Assembly (NCBI GenBank): GCA_965203055.1
Contig: OZ241863.1
Span: 2,752,001-2,816,000, forward strand
Direction of reading: 5' to 3'
Source: Spirochaetia bacterium
GTDB lineage: Bacteria; Spirochaetota; Spirochaetia; SZUA-6; Bin103
DNA length: 64,000 nt
Positions within the stretch are counted from its first letter, which is position 1, and every line of letters begins with the position of its first letter. Positions 30,504 to 39,778 of the stretch are shown here, one piece after another. The notes under the pieces are model-generated. The model worked only from the letters and a program-made list of their open reading frames with translations. It ran no database searches and was not told where the DNA came from. The translations under genes and the position numbers were made by a program.

Positions 30504-32888
30504 ATGAGCAAGCCGCGTTGGCGGCCGGCGGCCGATTTCCTGGCCGCGCGCGGCGCGGCGCTCGCGCTCATCGCGTTCGTGGCGGTGGGCGCCGTGATCC
30601 TCGACGACTACGGCGTGTCATGGGATGAGCAGTGGTTCCGCATCATCGGCCGGGCGGTGGTCGACTACGTGCTGGGAGACGGCGAACTGCGGACCGATCA
30701 CAACCGCTACTACGGAGTCGCGCTCGAAGCGCCGCTGATCCTGCTCGAACGGCTGCTGATCGACAGCCGCGCCATCTACCTCAGCCGCCACGTGGCGTCG
30801 CATCTGTTCTTCCTGACCGGCGGCTTCTTCTGCTGGCTGCTGGCGCGCCGCCTGTTCGGCGACCGCCGGCTGGCGCTGTTCGCCCTGCTGCTGTTCCTGC
30901 TCCATCCCCGCCTGTACGCGCACTCCTTCTTCAACAGCCGCGACATCCCCTTCCTGGCCCTGTTCATGGTCGCGCTCTACCTGCTGCAGCGCGCCTTCCG
31001 CCGCGACACCGCGGGCGCGTTCGCGCTCTGCGGGCTGAGCGTCGGCCTGCTGGTCAGCCTGCGCATCATGGGGGTCATGCTGTTCGCCGCGGCGGCGGCG
31101 CTGCGGGCGCTCGACCTGCTGCAGGCGCGCGCGCCGGCGGAGCGGCGGCGCGCGCTGGCCACCGCCGGCGCGTTCGCGCTGGCCGCCGCGGCCACCCTGT
31201 ACGCGGTCTCCCCCTATCTCTGGCGCGACCCGTTGGCCATCGCCGACGCGGTCGCCACGCTGGTCCGGCATCCGTCCCACATCATCACCCTCTTTCAGGG
31301 AGAACCGGTCCGCTGGCCGTGGATACCGCCCCACTACCTGCCCACCTGGATGGCGATCACCACCCCGCCGGCCACGCTGCTGCTGTGCCTGATCGGAGCC
31401 GCGGCCGTGATCGCTCACGGCGCCGCGCGCCCCGGTGACCTGATCCGCAATACCGAGGCGCGCTTCCTGTTCCTGCTGCTCGCCTGCCTGCTGCTCCCGA
31501 TCGCGGCCGTCATGGCGCTGCGCTCCAACCTCTACAACGGTTGGCGCCACATGTACTTCCTGTACGCCCCGCTGTGCCTGCTGGCCGTCTTCGGCCTGCG
31601 CCGGCTGCTGGCCGCCGCTCCCCGTCCTTGGCTGCGGCGCGGCCTCTACGCACTCGCCGCGGCGGCGCTGGCCGGCATGGCGGTCGACATCGCGCGCCTC
31701 CATCCCCATCAACAGGCCTACTTCAACTTCCTGGTCGACCGCCGCACCCCGGAACGCCTGAACACCCGCTATCAGGTGATGTATTGGGGCACCGAGTACC
31801 GGGAAGGGCTGGAGTATCTGCTCGATCGCTATCCCGATGAGCCGCTCTACGTCGACCGGACCTTCGTCTGGAGCCGCAACGTGCACCGCAATGCCTCGAT
31901 CCTGCCCGCCGCCGAGCGGCGCCGGATCGTCATCGCCGACGAAGCGGGACGGGCGGCCGACTTCTTCTTCGCCACCAATTACCGCCACTTCGGACGCGCC
32001 GAACCGCCGTTCGGGCCGGTCCTCTACGCGCGCCGCATCTACCACAACACCGTGCTCGCGGTCACCGCGGTCGATCTGTCCCGGGTCGATGAGGCGACCG
32101 CCGACCGCTATCGCCAGGCGTACCGCGCGACGGTGGCCGGGGAGCCGCTCTTCCGGTCGGAGTTCGACCTCTACCTCGACGGCCGCACGCTGACCTACGT
32201 CAAGGAGACGTGCCGCCCGGGGGATACCGTGCATCCGTTCCGGCTGCTGGCCGCGCCCGTCGCGGTCGATGACCTTCCCCGCATCCGCCGGGAGGGCGGC
32301 TGGGACCCGCTCACCTTCCGGTTCGGCCACTACGGGGTGCGCTTCGACGACCGGTGTATGATACGCCGCATCTTGCCGGACTACCCGATCCGGGCGCTCG
32401 AAGTCGGCCGGCTGGTCCCCGGCGCAGGCGCCCTGATAGAAGCGACCATCGACCTTGCCGCCGCGGAACCGTCCGTGAGCCGGCATTGGCAGGCGCATGA
32501 GGAGATCGTCGCCGGGGACCGGGGCGAGCCGGCCGCCCGCGCCGCCTTCGACCTCTATCTCGACGGCGGCGTGCTGACCTACCACAAGGAGCCGTGCGCA
32601 GCGGCGGACGTGTGGGCGCGGTTCTTCCTGCACGTGTTTCCGTCGGACGCGGCGGAGATGTCCCCGCAGGGCAGCGCGCACGGCTTCGACAACCTGGACT
32701 TCGCCTACGCCGAGCACGGCGTGCTGCTGGGGGGAGCATGCGTGGCGCAGGCGCCGTTGCCGGACTACGCGATCGCCCGCGTCCGCACCGGCCAGTTCAT
32801 CAGCGGGCAGGGCCAGCTCTGGAGGGCGGAGTTCCCGGTGCCGGCGCCGGGGCCGGGGTCAGGGCCGGGAGCCGTGAGCCGGCGGTGA
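30504..32888 (+). CDS. GT-C fold (family 39/PMT-like) membrane glycosyltransferase with two C-terminal FDLYLDG domains
   Basis: DDYGVSWDE after TM1; HPRLYAHSFFNSRDIPF; many TM helices. Confidence 0.75.
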   Translation: MSKPRWRPAADFLAARGAALALIAFVAVGAVILDDYGVSWDEQWFRIIGRAVVDYVLGDGELRTDHNRYYGVALEAPLILLERLLIDSRAIYLSRHVASHLFFLTGGFFCWLLARRLFGDRRLALFALLLFLLHPRLYAHSFFNSRDIPFLALFMVALYLLQRAFRRDTAGAFALCGLSVGLLVSLRIMGVMLFAAAAALRALDLLQARAPAERRRALATAGAFALAAAATLYAVSPYLWRDPLAIADAVATLVRHPSHIITLFQGEPVRWPWIPPHYLPTWMAITTPPATLLLCLIGAAAVIAHGAARPGDLIRNTEARFLFLLLACLLLPIAAVMALRSNLYNGWRHMYFLYAPLCLLAVFGLRRLLAAAPRPWLRRGLYALAAAALAGMAVDIARLHPHQQAYFNFLVDRRTPERLNTRYQVMYWGTEYREGLEYLLDRYPDEPLYVDRTFVWSRNVHRNASILPAAERRRIVIADEAGRAADFFFATNYRHFGRAEPPFGPVLYARRIYHNTVLAVTAVDLSRVDEATADRYRQAYRATVAGEPLFRSEFDLYLDGRTLTYVKETCRPGDTVHPFRLLAAPVAVDDLPRIRREGGWDPLTFRFGHYGVRFDDRCMIRRILPDYPIRALEVGRLVPGAGALIEATIDLAAAEPSVSRHWQAHEEIVAGDRGEPAARAAFDLYLDGGVLTYHKEPCAAADVWARFFLHVFPSDAAEMSPQGSAHGFDNLDFAYAEHGVLLGGACVAQAPLPDYAIARVRTGQFISGQGQLWRAEFPVPAPGPGSGPGAVSRR

Positions 32889-34435
32889 AGCGACGGTCAT
32901 CCCCCAAGCCGGCGCAGGTCCGCTATAACGACTGGCGGCAGGTGGCGCTGCCGCCGCCGGAAGAGTTCACCCCCGCGCTGCCGGTCAGCGTGATCATGCC
33001 CTGCTATCAGACGCCCCCGGCGGTGCTGGCGCGCACCCTGGCGGCGCTGGCGGGGCAGACCTGGCCGCGCGACCTGTTCGAGGTGGTGATCGTCGACGAC
33101 GGCTCCGAGCCGCCGCTGGCCCCGCCCCCGGGAGCGCCGCCGAACGTCCGGGTGGTGCGCCAGGAGCGCCGCGGGTTCGGAATCGCGCGCGCGCGCAACA
33201 CCGGCGTGCGGGCGGCCGCGCACAGCATCATCCTGTTCCTGGACGGCGATTCGCTGCCGGAAGCGGGTTGGCTGGCGGCGCACGCCCGCTGGCATCACGC
33301 CGTGTCCGACGTGGTGACCGTGGGCTTCCGCGCCAGCGTCGCGATGGAGGACCTGGAGGCGGCGGCGATCCGGCGCCGGCCCGGCACCCTGCGCGAGCTG
33401 TTCGCGGACCGCCCGGTCGACGCCCCCTGGATCGACGGCCACCTGCTGCGGATGGCCGACATGACGACGCGCGCGGCCGATCTGTTCCACGTGGTGGTCG
33501 GGGGGAACTTCGGGATCGGCCGGGAGTTCTACCGGGAGACAGGCGGCAGCGACGAGTCGTTCATGCGCTGGGGCATCGAGGATACCGAACTCGCCTACCG
33601 GGCCTACACCCGCGGCGGGCTGTTCGTGCCGGTCCGGTCCGCGCTGGTCTGGCATCAGGGGCGCGAGGCCGAAGGCAGGGAGGCGAAGGAGCGCAGCCTG
33701 CGACTGCAAATGGGCAAGGCGGCCAACCTGATCCCCCACCCCCGCTACCGCAGCGCGGCGCGCGGGCGCATCTACGCGGTGCCGCGCTACGTGGCGACCG
33801 TCGAGGCCGGCCACAGTACGGCCGAACAGGTGGCCGAGGCGGCCGTGAACCTGCTGACCGACCGAGCGCATGATCTGGTGGTGCGCATCGAAATCGACGG
33901 GAAGCGCGACGCCGCGGGACTGGCATGGCTCCGGGAAGTATTCGGCCCTGACCCGCGGGTGCATATCGCGCCGGCCCGCTCCGCCCTGGACCAATTCCCG
34001 GCGGCGCCGTTCCACGTCCGGCTGCCGGCCACGGCGGCGGCGAAGAACTTGGTGCACGCTCTGCATTACCACCTGCGGGGCGCGGTCCTCGCCATCTCAT
34101 TGCTGCCGGACGGAACGAGCGTGTCGATCGCCCGCACGTGGGCGCTGCAGCGGGCGCGGCGCGCGGGCGGGAACCTCGCGGACTTCGGCGACGTACGGGA
34201 GCTGGCGCCCGCGAAGCTGAAGCTGAAGACGGCGCCGGGACCGGGAACGGCGCGCGCGGCGGCGCGGAACGCCGCGGGACTGCTCGCCGGATGGCGTTCC
34301 CTGCGCGCCCGAGCGCGGGACGTCTACGATCTCCGGGAGGCGTGGTGGTTCGTCCGCTGGGTGGCGTGGTCGTGCCGGCGGCGGCTGCTGCGCAGAACCG
34401 GCTCCTCATCCACCTCCCGGACCGGCGACTCTTGA
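32885..34435 (+). CDS. GT2 family glycosyltransferase
   Basis: GTG overlaps the upstream TGA; VSVIMPCY, VVIVDDGS, ARARNTG, FLDGD and WGIEDTE motifs. Confidence 0.88.
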   Translation: MKRRSSPKPAQVRYNDWRQVALPPPEEFTPALPVSVIMPCYQTPPAVLARTLAALAGQTWPRDLFEVVIVDDGSEPPLAPPPGAPPNVRVVRQERRGFGIARARNTGVRAAAHSIILFLDGDSLPEAGWLAAHARWHHAVSDVVTVGFRASVAMEDLEAAAIRRRPGTLRELFADRPVDAPWIDGHLLRMADMTTRAADLFHVVVGGNFGIGREFYRETGGSDESFMRWGIEDTELAYRAYTRGGLFVPVRSALVWHQGREAEGREAKERSLRLQMGKAANLIPHPRYRSAARGRIYAVPRYVATVEAGHSTAEQVAEAAVNLLTDRAHDLVVRIEIDGKRDAAGLAWLREVFGPDPRVHIAPARSALDQFPAAPFHVRLPATAAAKNLVHALHYHLRGAVLAISLLPDGTSVSIARTWALQRARRAGGNLADFGDVRELAPAKLKLKTAPGPGTARAAARNAAGLLAGWRSLRARARDVYDLREAWWFVRWVAWSCRRRLLRRTGSSSTSRTGDS

Positions 34436-34460
34436 GCGGGCTCGCCGCCAAACACGACGC

Positions 34461-35297
34461 ATGACCGCGCCGCCGATACTGCGCCGCTGCCGGCAGGCGC
34501 TCACGATCGCCGCGAAGCCGGACCTGGTTCGGGAGCTGGCCGGCGCCGCGCTGCGCGGGCGGCTCGCTGCGGCGGCGCGCATGGCGGTTACCGCGGCCCG
34601 TTCTCCCGACCTGGGGGCCGAAAAGATCATCTCCCGAAAATATCGCTATATCTGGCTGTGCGTGCCCAAGGCCGCGTCGCGCAGCATCATGGCGGCGCTG
34701 CAAGGCATCACCCCGGACGACGAGATATTCACCGGAACGAGCGCGGCCGAGCTGTTCGCGCAACGGCCCGAAGCGCGCGACTATTACAGCTTCGCCTTCG
34801 TCAGAAATCCGTACACCCGGGCGCTCTCCTTCTACGCCGACCTGCACTTCGCGCACCTCCGCTATTCCGGCGCCGCGGCGCGCCGGCGCAAGAAGGAGCG
34901 CAGCGCCCGCTTCTTCAAGCGCTTCTACGGGCTGGCCGAGACCGGCGATTTCGACGACTTCTGCCGCTGGCTGAACACGCCCTGGGCTTCGGACGCGGTC
35001 GCCGACCGCCACTTTCTGTCGCAATACCTGCAGATTCGCCTCGACGGCGGGCGCCGGCCCGACTTCGTCGGCCGCTTCGAGAACCTCGACGCCGACTTCC
35101 GCCGCGTCGCCGAGCGGCTCGGCCTGCCGGCGCCGGCGCTGCCCCTGCTGCACACCATGGCCGGCTGGCGCACCACGCCGGCGGCCCTGCAGGCGGCCAG
35201 AGCCGCCATGAGCGCTCAGCTTACCGAGCGCAACAAGGCGTTGCTCCGCGCACGGTACGCGCGCGACTTCGAGCTCGAAGACCATGCTTCGGCATGA
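34461..35297 (+). CDS. PAPS-dependent sulfotransferase (Sulfotransfer_2 family)
   Basis: VPKAASRS (5'-PSB), FVRNPYTRALSFY (3'-PB), HFLSQ and DFVGRFENL motifs. Confidence 0.88.
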   Translation: MTAPPILRRCRQALTIAAKPDLVRELAGAALRGRLAAAARMAVTAARSPDLGAEKIISRKYRYIWLCVPKAASRSIMAALQGITPDDEIFTGTSAAELFAQRPEARDYYSFAFVRNPYTRALSFYADLHFAHLRYSGAAARRRKKERSARFFKRFYGLAETGDFDDFCRWLNTPWASDAVADRHFLSQYLQIRLDGGRRPDFVGRFENLDADFRRVAERLGLPAPALPLLHTMAGWRTTPAALQAARAAMSAQLTERNKALLRARYARDFELEDHASA

Positions 35298-35336
35298 CCG
35301 GCCGGCCGCCTGCCGGCCTGCCGGCCGGCTGTCCGG

Positions 35337-36263
35337 TCACAGCGCGGCGGCGAACGCGCCGGCGATCCCCGCCGCGGTGAGCCAGCTCGCGCGGTCGCGC
35401 AGCGCGAACACCACCGGATCGTCGTGCACGGCCCCGCGGTTGGCGAGCAGCGTCAGGCGTCCCAGCCAGTAGACCAACAGCAGGCAGATCAGCCACAGGA
35501 ACTCCGGCCGGCCGTACCGCATGCTCACCTCCGGACTCTGGATGTACAGGGCCAGGATGATCACCGCGGCGAAGCCGGCGGCGCCGGCGAGCGCCGCCAC
35601 CACCGGCGCGTCGCCGATCAACCAGGCGCGCCCGTCGGCCGCGAGCCGGCCCGACTCGCGCAGGGCATGCAGCTCGCTCACGCGCTTGACGGCGGCCAGA
35701 GCGATGAACGCGAACAGGAAGAAGGCCAGGAACCACGGGGTCAGCGGGACCGATGCCGCCACCCCGCCGGCGAGTACGCGCACCAGGTGAAGCAGCGACA
35801 GCGTCATGATGTCTACGAACAACCCGCGCTTCAACGCCAGCGAATAGGCTGCGGCCACCAACAGGTAGAGCAGCACCGTCCCGCCGGCGGCGGGCGATAG
35901 CCGGAAGGCGGCGGCGAGTCCGCCGGCCGCCAGCAGCGCGGCCAACCCGATCATCGGCGGCAACCGCACCCGGCCGGCCGCCAGCGGGCGGTGGCGCTTG
36001 CTCGGGTGACGGCGGTCGTGGGGAAGATCGAGCAGGTCGTTGAGGACGTAGGCTCCCGACGCGCACGCCGACAGCGCCGCGAACATCGCCGCCGCCCGCA
36101 GGTACAGCTCGACCTCGGTCGCGTGCGCGGTGATCAGCGGGAGGAACACCAGCGCGTTCTTGACCCATTGGTGCGGGCGCAGAGCGCGGAGATAATCGGC
36201 CGGACCGCCGCCGATTCCGGGCCGCGGGGCGGCGCTGCGGGTGGCTTCCGTTTCGCTCAGCAT
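35337..36263 (-). CDS. UbiA family prenyltransferase, decaprenyl-phosphate phosphoribosyltransferase type
   Basis: LRPHQWVKN, YVLNDLLDL..DRRHPSKRHRPLAAG and HDDPVVFALRD motifs. Confidence 0.88.
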   Translation of the reverse strand: MLSETEATRSAAPRPGIGGGPADYLRALRPHQWVKNALVFLPLITAHATEVELYLRAAAMFAALSACASGAYVLNDLLDLPHDRRHPSKRHRPLAAGRVRLPPMIGLAALLAAGGLAAAFRLSPAAGGTVLLYLLVAAAYSLALKRGLFVDIMTLSLLHLVRVLAGGVAASVPLTPWFLAFFLFAFIALAAVKRVSELHALRESGRLAADGRAWLIGDAPVVAALAGAAGFAAVIILALYIQSPEVSMRYGRPEFLWLICLLLVYWLGRLTLLANRGAVHDDPVVFALRDRASWLTAAGIAGAFAAAL

Positions 36264-36357
36264 GCGCGGCGGCGCGGGCGGGTCCGATGGAAGACGCGCA
36301 TGACCGGATGATATACTACCCCGCCGGTCGGCGGCCGGATGGCATGGAAAGAACAGC

Positions 36358-38313
36358 GTGAGGATCAGCTCCCCCGGCGCACGTTCACGTTCCGGCTTCA
36401 CCCTGTTCCTGGCCGCGCTGGCGGTAGCGGGCGCCGGGCTGGTGCTGGCGCGGGAAGTCACCTACGGGCCGGGACTGAGGGGTGACGCCCTCGGCCTGAT
36501 AGCGATGGCCCGCAACCTGCTGGCCGGCGAGGGCCTTACCTATATCAGCGGCCGCGCCCAGACCAACTGGCCGCCGTTCTACCCGCTGCTGCTGGCCGCC
36601 GGCGGCCTGGTGGGGTTCGACCCGCTTCACGTCGCCGGTCCGCTCAACGCGGCCCTCTTCGGGCTGACCGTCTTCATCGCCGGGCGCCACCTGCGCCGGC
36701 GCCTCCGGTCGCGCTTCCTGGCGGTGTGGGCCGCGCTTGCGGTCGTCCTGTCGGTGCCGCTGGCGACGCGGGCGTGGACGGCGATGTCCGAACCGACCTT
36801 CATCCTGCTGGCGGCCGCAGCGCTGATGCAGACCGACCGGTTCCTCACCGAAGGGCGCACTCCGGCCCTGGCGTGGGCCGCGGTCTGCGGCTCGCTGGCG
36901 TTCCTGACCCGCTACGCGGGCGTGGCCGTGCCGTTGGCCGTGGGGCTGGCGCTGCTCTGCCAACCGCGCGCGTCGTTCCGGCAGCGGGCGGGGCGGATCG
37001 CCGCGGTGGCGCTGACCGCCGCCGTTCCCATGGCGCTGTGGCTGCTCCGCAACTACCTGGTCACCGGGCAGCTCATCAAGCAGGTGGCCGACCTGCGGCC
37101 TCCCATCCTGTCCGTGCCGGCGGCGCTCGACGGGGTGCGCGCCACGCTGTGGGAATGGTCGTACCTCGACTTCCTGCCGCCCGCGGTCACCTGGGCGCTG
37201 CTGGCGCTGGCCGCCGCGGCGCTGCTGCCGATCGGCCTGGCGGCGGTCGGAGGGCGGCGCGAGCGGCCGCCGTTCGCGTGGCACGCCGTGCTGGTGTTCG
37301 GCGGTTTCACGCTGCTCTATCTCGTCGTGCTCATCGCTTCGATCACCACCCTCCCGCATCCCTGGCAGTCCCGGTTCCTGGCTCCGGTCTACGTCCCGCT
37401 GCTGGCGATCGCGGCGTTCGCCCTCGATTGGTTGCTGGCCGCGCCGCGGCGGCGGAACGCGGCGGCGGCGCGTCTGCCCGGCGCGGTCCTGATGGTGGCG
37501 CTCTCCCTCTGGACGGCGGCGCAGGTGGTGCGCGGCGGCTTCGAGATCCGCCGCCTCAACTCCGACCAGCCGTACCTCAGCTTCCTGTCGCAACCGTGGG
37601 CCGATTCGGCGACCGTGCGGCATCTCCGGGAGAACCCCGGCGGCGGCACGGTCTACAGCAACGTGCGCAACGCGGCGTACCTGTACGGCGACGGAACCGG
37701 GACCTATCACCGGCTTCCGGTGCGCTGGACGGAGCTGCAGGAGCAGGTGGCGGCGGCGCCGGACGGCGCGCGCCTGATCTGGTTCGACGCCTACCGGGTC
37801 GACCTGGTGTGGGGCCTGGTCCCGTACGACTACGGCGTTGCGCAACTGCGCGCGACCCGGGGCCTGGAACCGGTGGCGGAGTTGGCCGACGGCGCCGTCT
37901 TCACGGTAAACGCGGACTACGCGCCGCCCGCCAACGCGCATCTGGCGGCGTATGCGGCGATCGATGCGGGCGCTCTGGGCGAGCCGGCCGCCCGCGCCGC
38001 CTTCGACCTCTATCTCGACGGTAGGGAGCTGGTCTACCTGAAGAAGCCGTGCAGCCCCGACGACGCCGGCGAGCGGTTCTTCCTGCATCTGTTCCCGGCC
38101 GATGCCGCGGACCTGTCCGACCGCGGCCGGCAGCACGGCTTCGACAACCTGGACTTCGACTTCGCGGACCGCGGCGTGTTCCCGGCCGCCGATACGTGCC
38201 TGGCGCTGGTGCCGCTGCCGGACTACGACCGGGGCATCGACCGCATCCGTACCGGCCAGTGGATTCGCGGCGCAGGCCAGCTCTGGAGCGTGGAGTTCCG
38301 GACCTCCGAGTAG
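36358..38313 (+). CDS. GT-C fold membrane glycosyltransferase with one C-terminal FDLYLDG domain
   Basis: ARNLLAGEG, WPPFYPLLLA, MSEP and LTRYAG motifs; multiple TM helices. Confidence 0.75.
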   Translation: MRISSPGARSRSGFTLFLAALAVAGAGLVLAREVTYGPGLRGDALGLIAMARNLLAGEGLTYISGRAQTNWPPFYPLLLAAGGLVGFDPLHVAGPLNAALFGLTVFIAGRHLRRRLRSRFLAVWAALAVVLSVPLATRAWTAMSEPTFILLAAAALMQTDRFLTEGRTPALAWAAVCGSLAFLTRYAGVAVPLAVGLALLCQPRASFRQRAGRIAAVALTAAVPMALWLLRNYLVTGQLIKQVADLRPPILSVPAALDGVRATLWEWSYLDFLPPAVTWALLALAAAALLPIGLAAVGGRRERPPFAWHAVLVFGGFTLLYLVVLIASITTLPHPWQSRFLAPVYVPLLAIAAFALDWLLAAPRRRNAAAARLPGAVLMVALSLWTAAQVVRGGFEIRRLNSDQPYLSFLSQPWADSATVRHLRENPGGGTVYSNVRNAAYLYGDGTGTYHRLPVRWTELQEQVAAAPDGARLIWFDAYRVDLVWGLVPYDYGVAQLRATRGLEPVAELADGAVFTVNADYAPPANAHLAAYAAIDAGALGEPAARAAFDLYLDGRELVYLKKPCSPDDAGERFFLHLFPADAADLSDRGRQHGFDNLDFDFADRGVFPAADTCLALVPLPDYDRGIDRIRTGQWIRGAGQLWSVEFRTSE

Positions 38314-38377
38314 CCCGCCGCGCGAGGCTGGATGGCTGGAAGGAGTTGCTCAACCAAGTGAGCGAGAAGCGAGGTGG

Positions 38378-38782
38378 TCATACGGACCGGATCAGTGAGA
38401 GGTTCGGGATAGCAACGAAATCACGGTCGTGAGTAGCCAGCGGGCACTGCAACAGGATAGCGGTCGCGGCGATCCACGCATCGGCCAACTTCAGCTCCCG
38501 ACCGGCCGATCTACGTTCGCTACGCAAGCGGGCGCAGATCCGGACCAATTCGTCACTTGCCCACACGATCTCGTATTGATCGAGGTGTTCAGCGAGCGTG
38601 GCTTGGCGCCGTCTCTCCCAATTGCTCTTGTATGCCCCGTACCACAGTTCCTCCAAGGTCTGAAACGAGATGAGACTGCGACAGCCCGCCAGTTTTCCCT
38701 CATAGTATGGTGCCCGGCCATCCTGATTGTAGATGATCGAAACGACACTGGTGTCAACGACTACCAGCGGAGCGCTCATCAA
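38378..38782 (-). CDS. PIN domain protein (VapC-like toxin)
   Basis: VVDTSV, EEL, ADAWIAATA and THDRDF acidic PIN motifs. Confidence 0.9.
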   Translation of the reverse strand: MMSAPLVVVDTSVVSIIYNQDGRAPYYEGKLAGCRSLISFQTLEELWYGAYKSNWERRRQATLAEHLDQYEIVWASDELVRICARLRSERRSAGRELKLADAWIAATAILLQCPLATHDRDFVAIPNLSLIRSV

Positions 38783-39627
38783 GCGTCGCGACCTTCTCGG
38801 ATGATGCGCATGAACTCGTCGACATCGAACGGCTCGCTCGTCCTGACCACCTTCTCAGGGTCGAAGACCTTTGGGTCAGGGGCGTTCAACAGCTCGTCGA
38901 GATCATATGGCTGCAGCGACGATCTGGTCCCTTTGAGCTGCCCGACGTGAAAGTCTACCAAGCTGCCATCCGCGGCGAAGGTGCCGCGACCTCTAACCTC
39001 GACATACTGAGTCGCGTGACGCTGCATATCCTTATCCAGTGCGGCATCGAATCGGAGCCGAACCACGGGTTGGCCGTAGTTGTGCAGATGGGCAGTCCTT
39101 CGCTTCCAGTCGACCATCATCAGACGTCCCTGCAAGGTTGCATCGATTTCCTCGGCCGTACTCGGCTCATGGACTTGGCTCATTCTGGTCAGGGTCAACG
39201 AGCTTTCCGTGCCGGGGGAGCTGAGCCGTACTAAATATATTTCCTCCGACAATTCATTCCGCACGGCATTCAGCTCCTTGACGACTCCTTGAGGCAACGA
39301 CGGGTCTTGATCGCCTTTCCACCTCAGAAGGCGGTTCACGGCCCGAGGGCCGTAGTTCCATAGGTCGGGTTGCGCACCAACCGGAGGGGACAGTTCCAGC
39401 ACTGCGACAAGGGAACCCGGAGCCGTGCGCACCAGCCGCAGGGCGCTCTGGTCTCGCGCGAGCTTCGGCGGTCGGCCTCGGCGGGAAGGATCGGCGCCCA
39501 TCAGATGGACCACCATGAGTCGTACCGCCCGCTGCATATGCTCCAAGGTCTTAAGGAGATCCTTGACCGGCAGCCCGGCTTCGCTGACGCGTGGCCCCTT
39601 GAACGCGACATGTAGCTGGTTCTTCAG
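38779..39627 (-). CDS. Hypothetical protein translationally coupled to the PIN gene; C-terminus resembles an antitoxin
   Basis: ORF 38779..39546 stays open upstream to a CTG at 39627, 5 nt after GAGGAGG. ATGA-type overlap with the PIN gene. Visibly lower GC than the flanks. Confidence 0.65.
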   Translation of the reverse strand: MKNQLHVAFKGPRVSEAGLPVKDLLKTLEHMQRAVRLMVVHLMGADPSRRGRPPKLARDQSALRLVRTAPGSLVAVLELSPPVGAQPDLWNYGPRAVNRLLRWKGDQDPSLPQGVVKELNAVRNELSEEIYLVRLSSPGTESSLTLTRMSQVHEPSTAEEIDATLQGRLMMVDWKRRTAHLHNYGQPVVRLRFDAALDKDMQRHATQYVEVRGRGTFAADGSLVDFHVGQLKGTRSSLQPYDLDELLNAPDPKVFDPEKVVRTSEPFDVDEFMRIIREGRDA

Positions 39628-39778
39628 GGGAACCTCCTCGGTGGATAGGAGTGGACTTTGAGATTGGTCCCGATTCTATGGCCACCCAACGGTCAGCCTC
39701 CAGACGCTGGCCGCAGCATAGCACGCCGCGCACGGCTCGACAGACCACGCTCCGCGTGGGGCGCATCGGCGATCTTGA

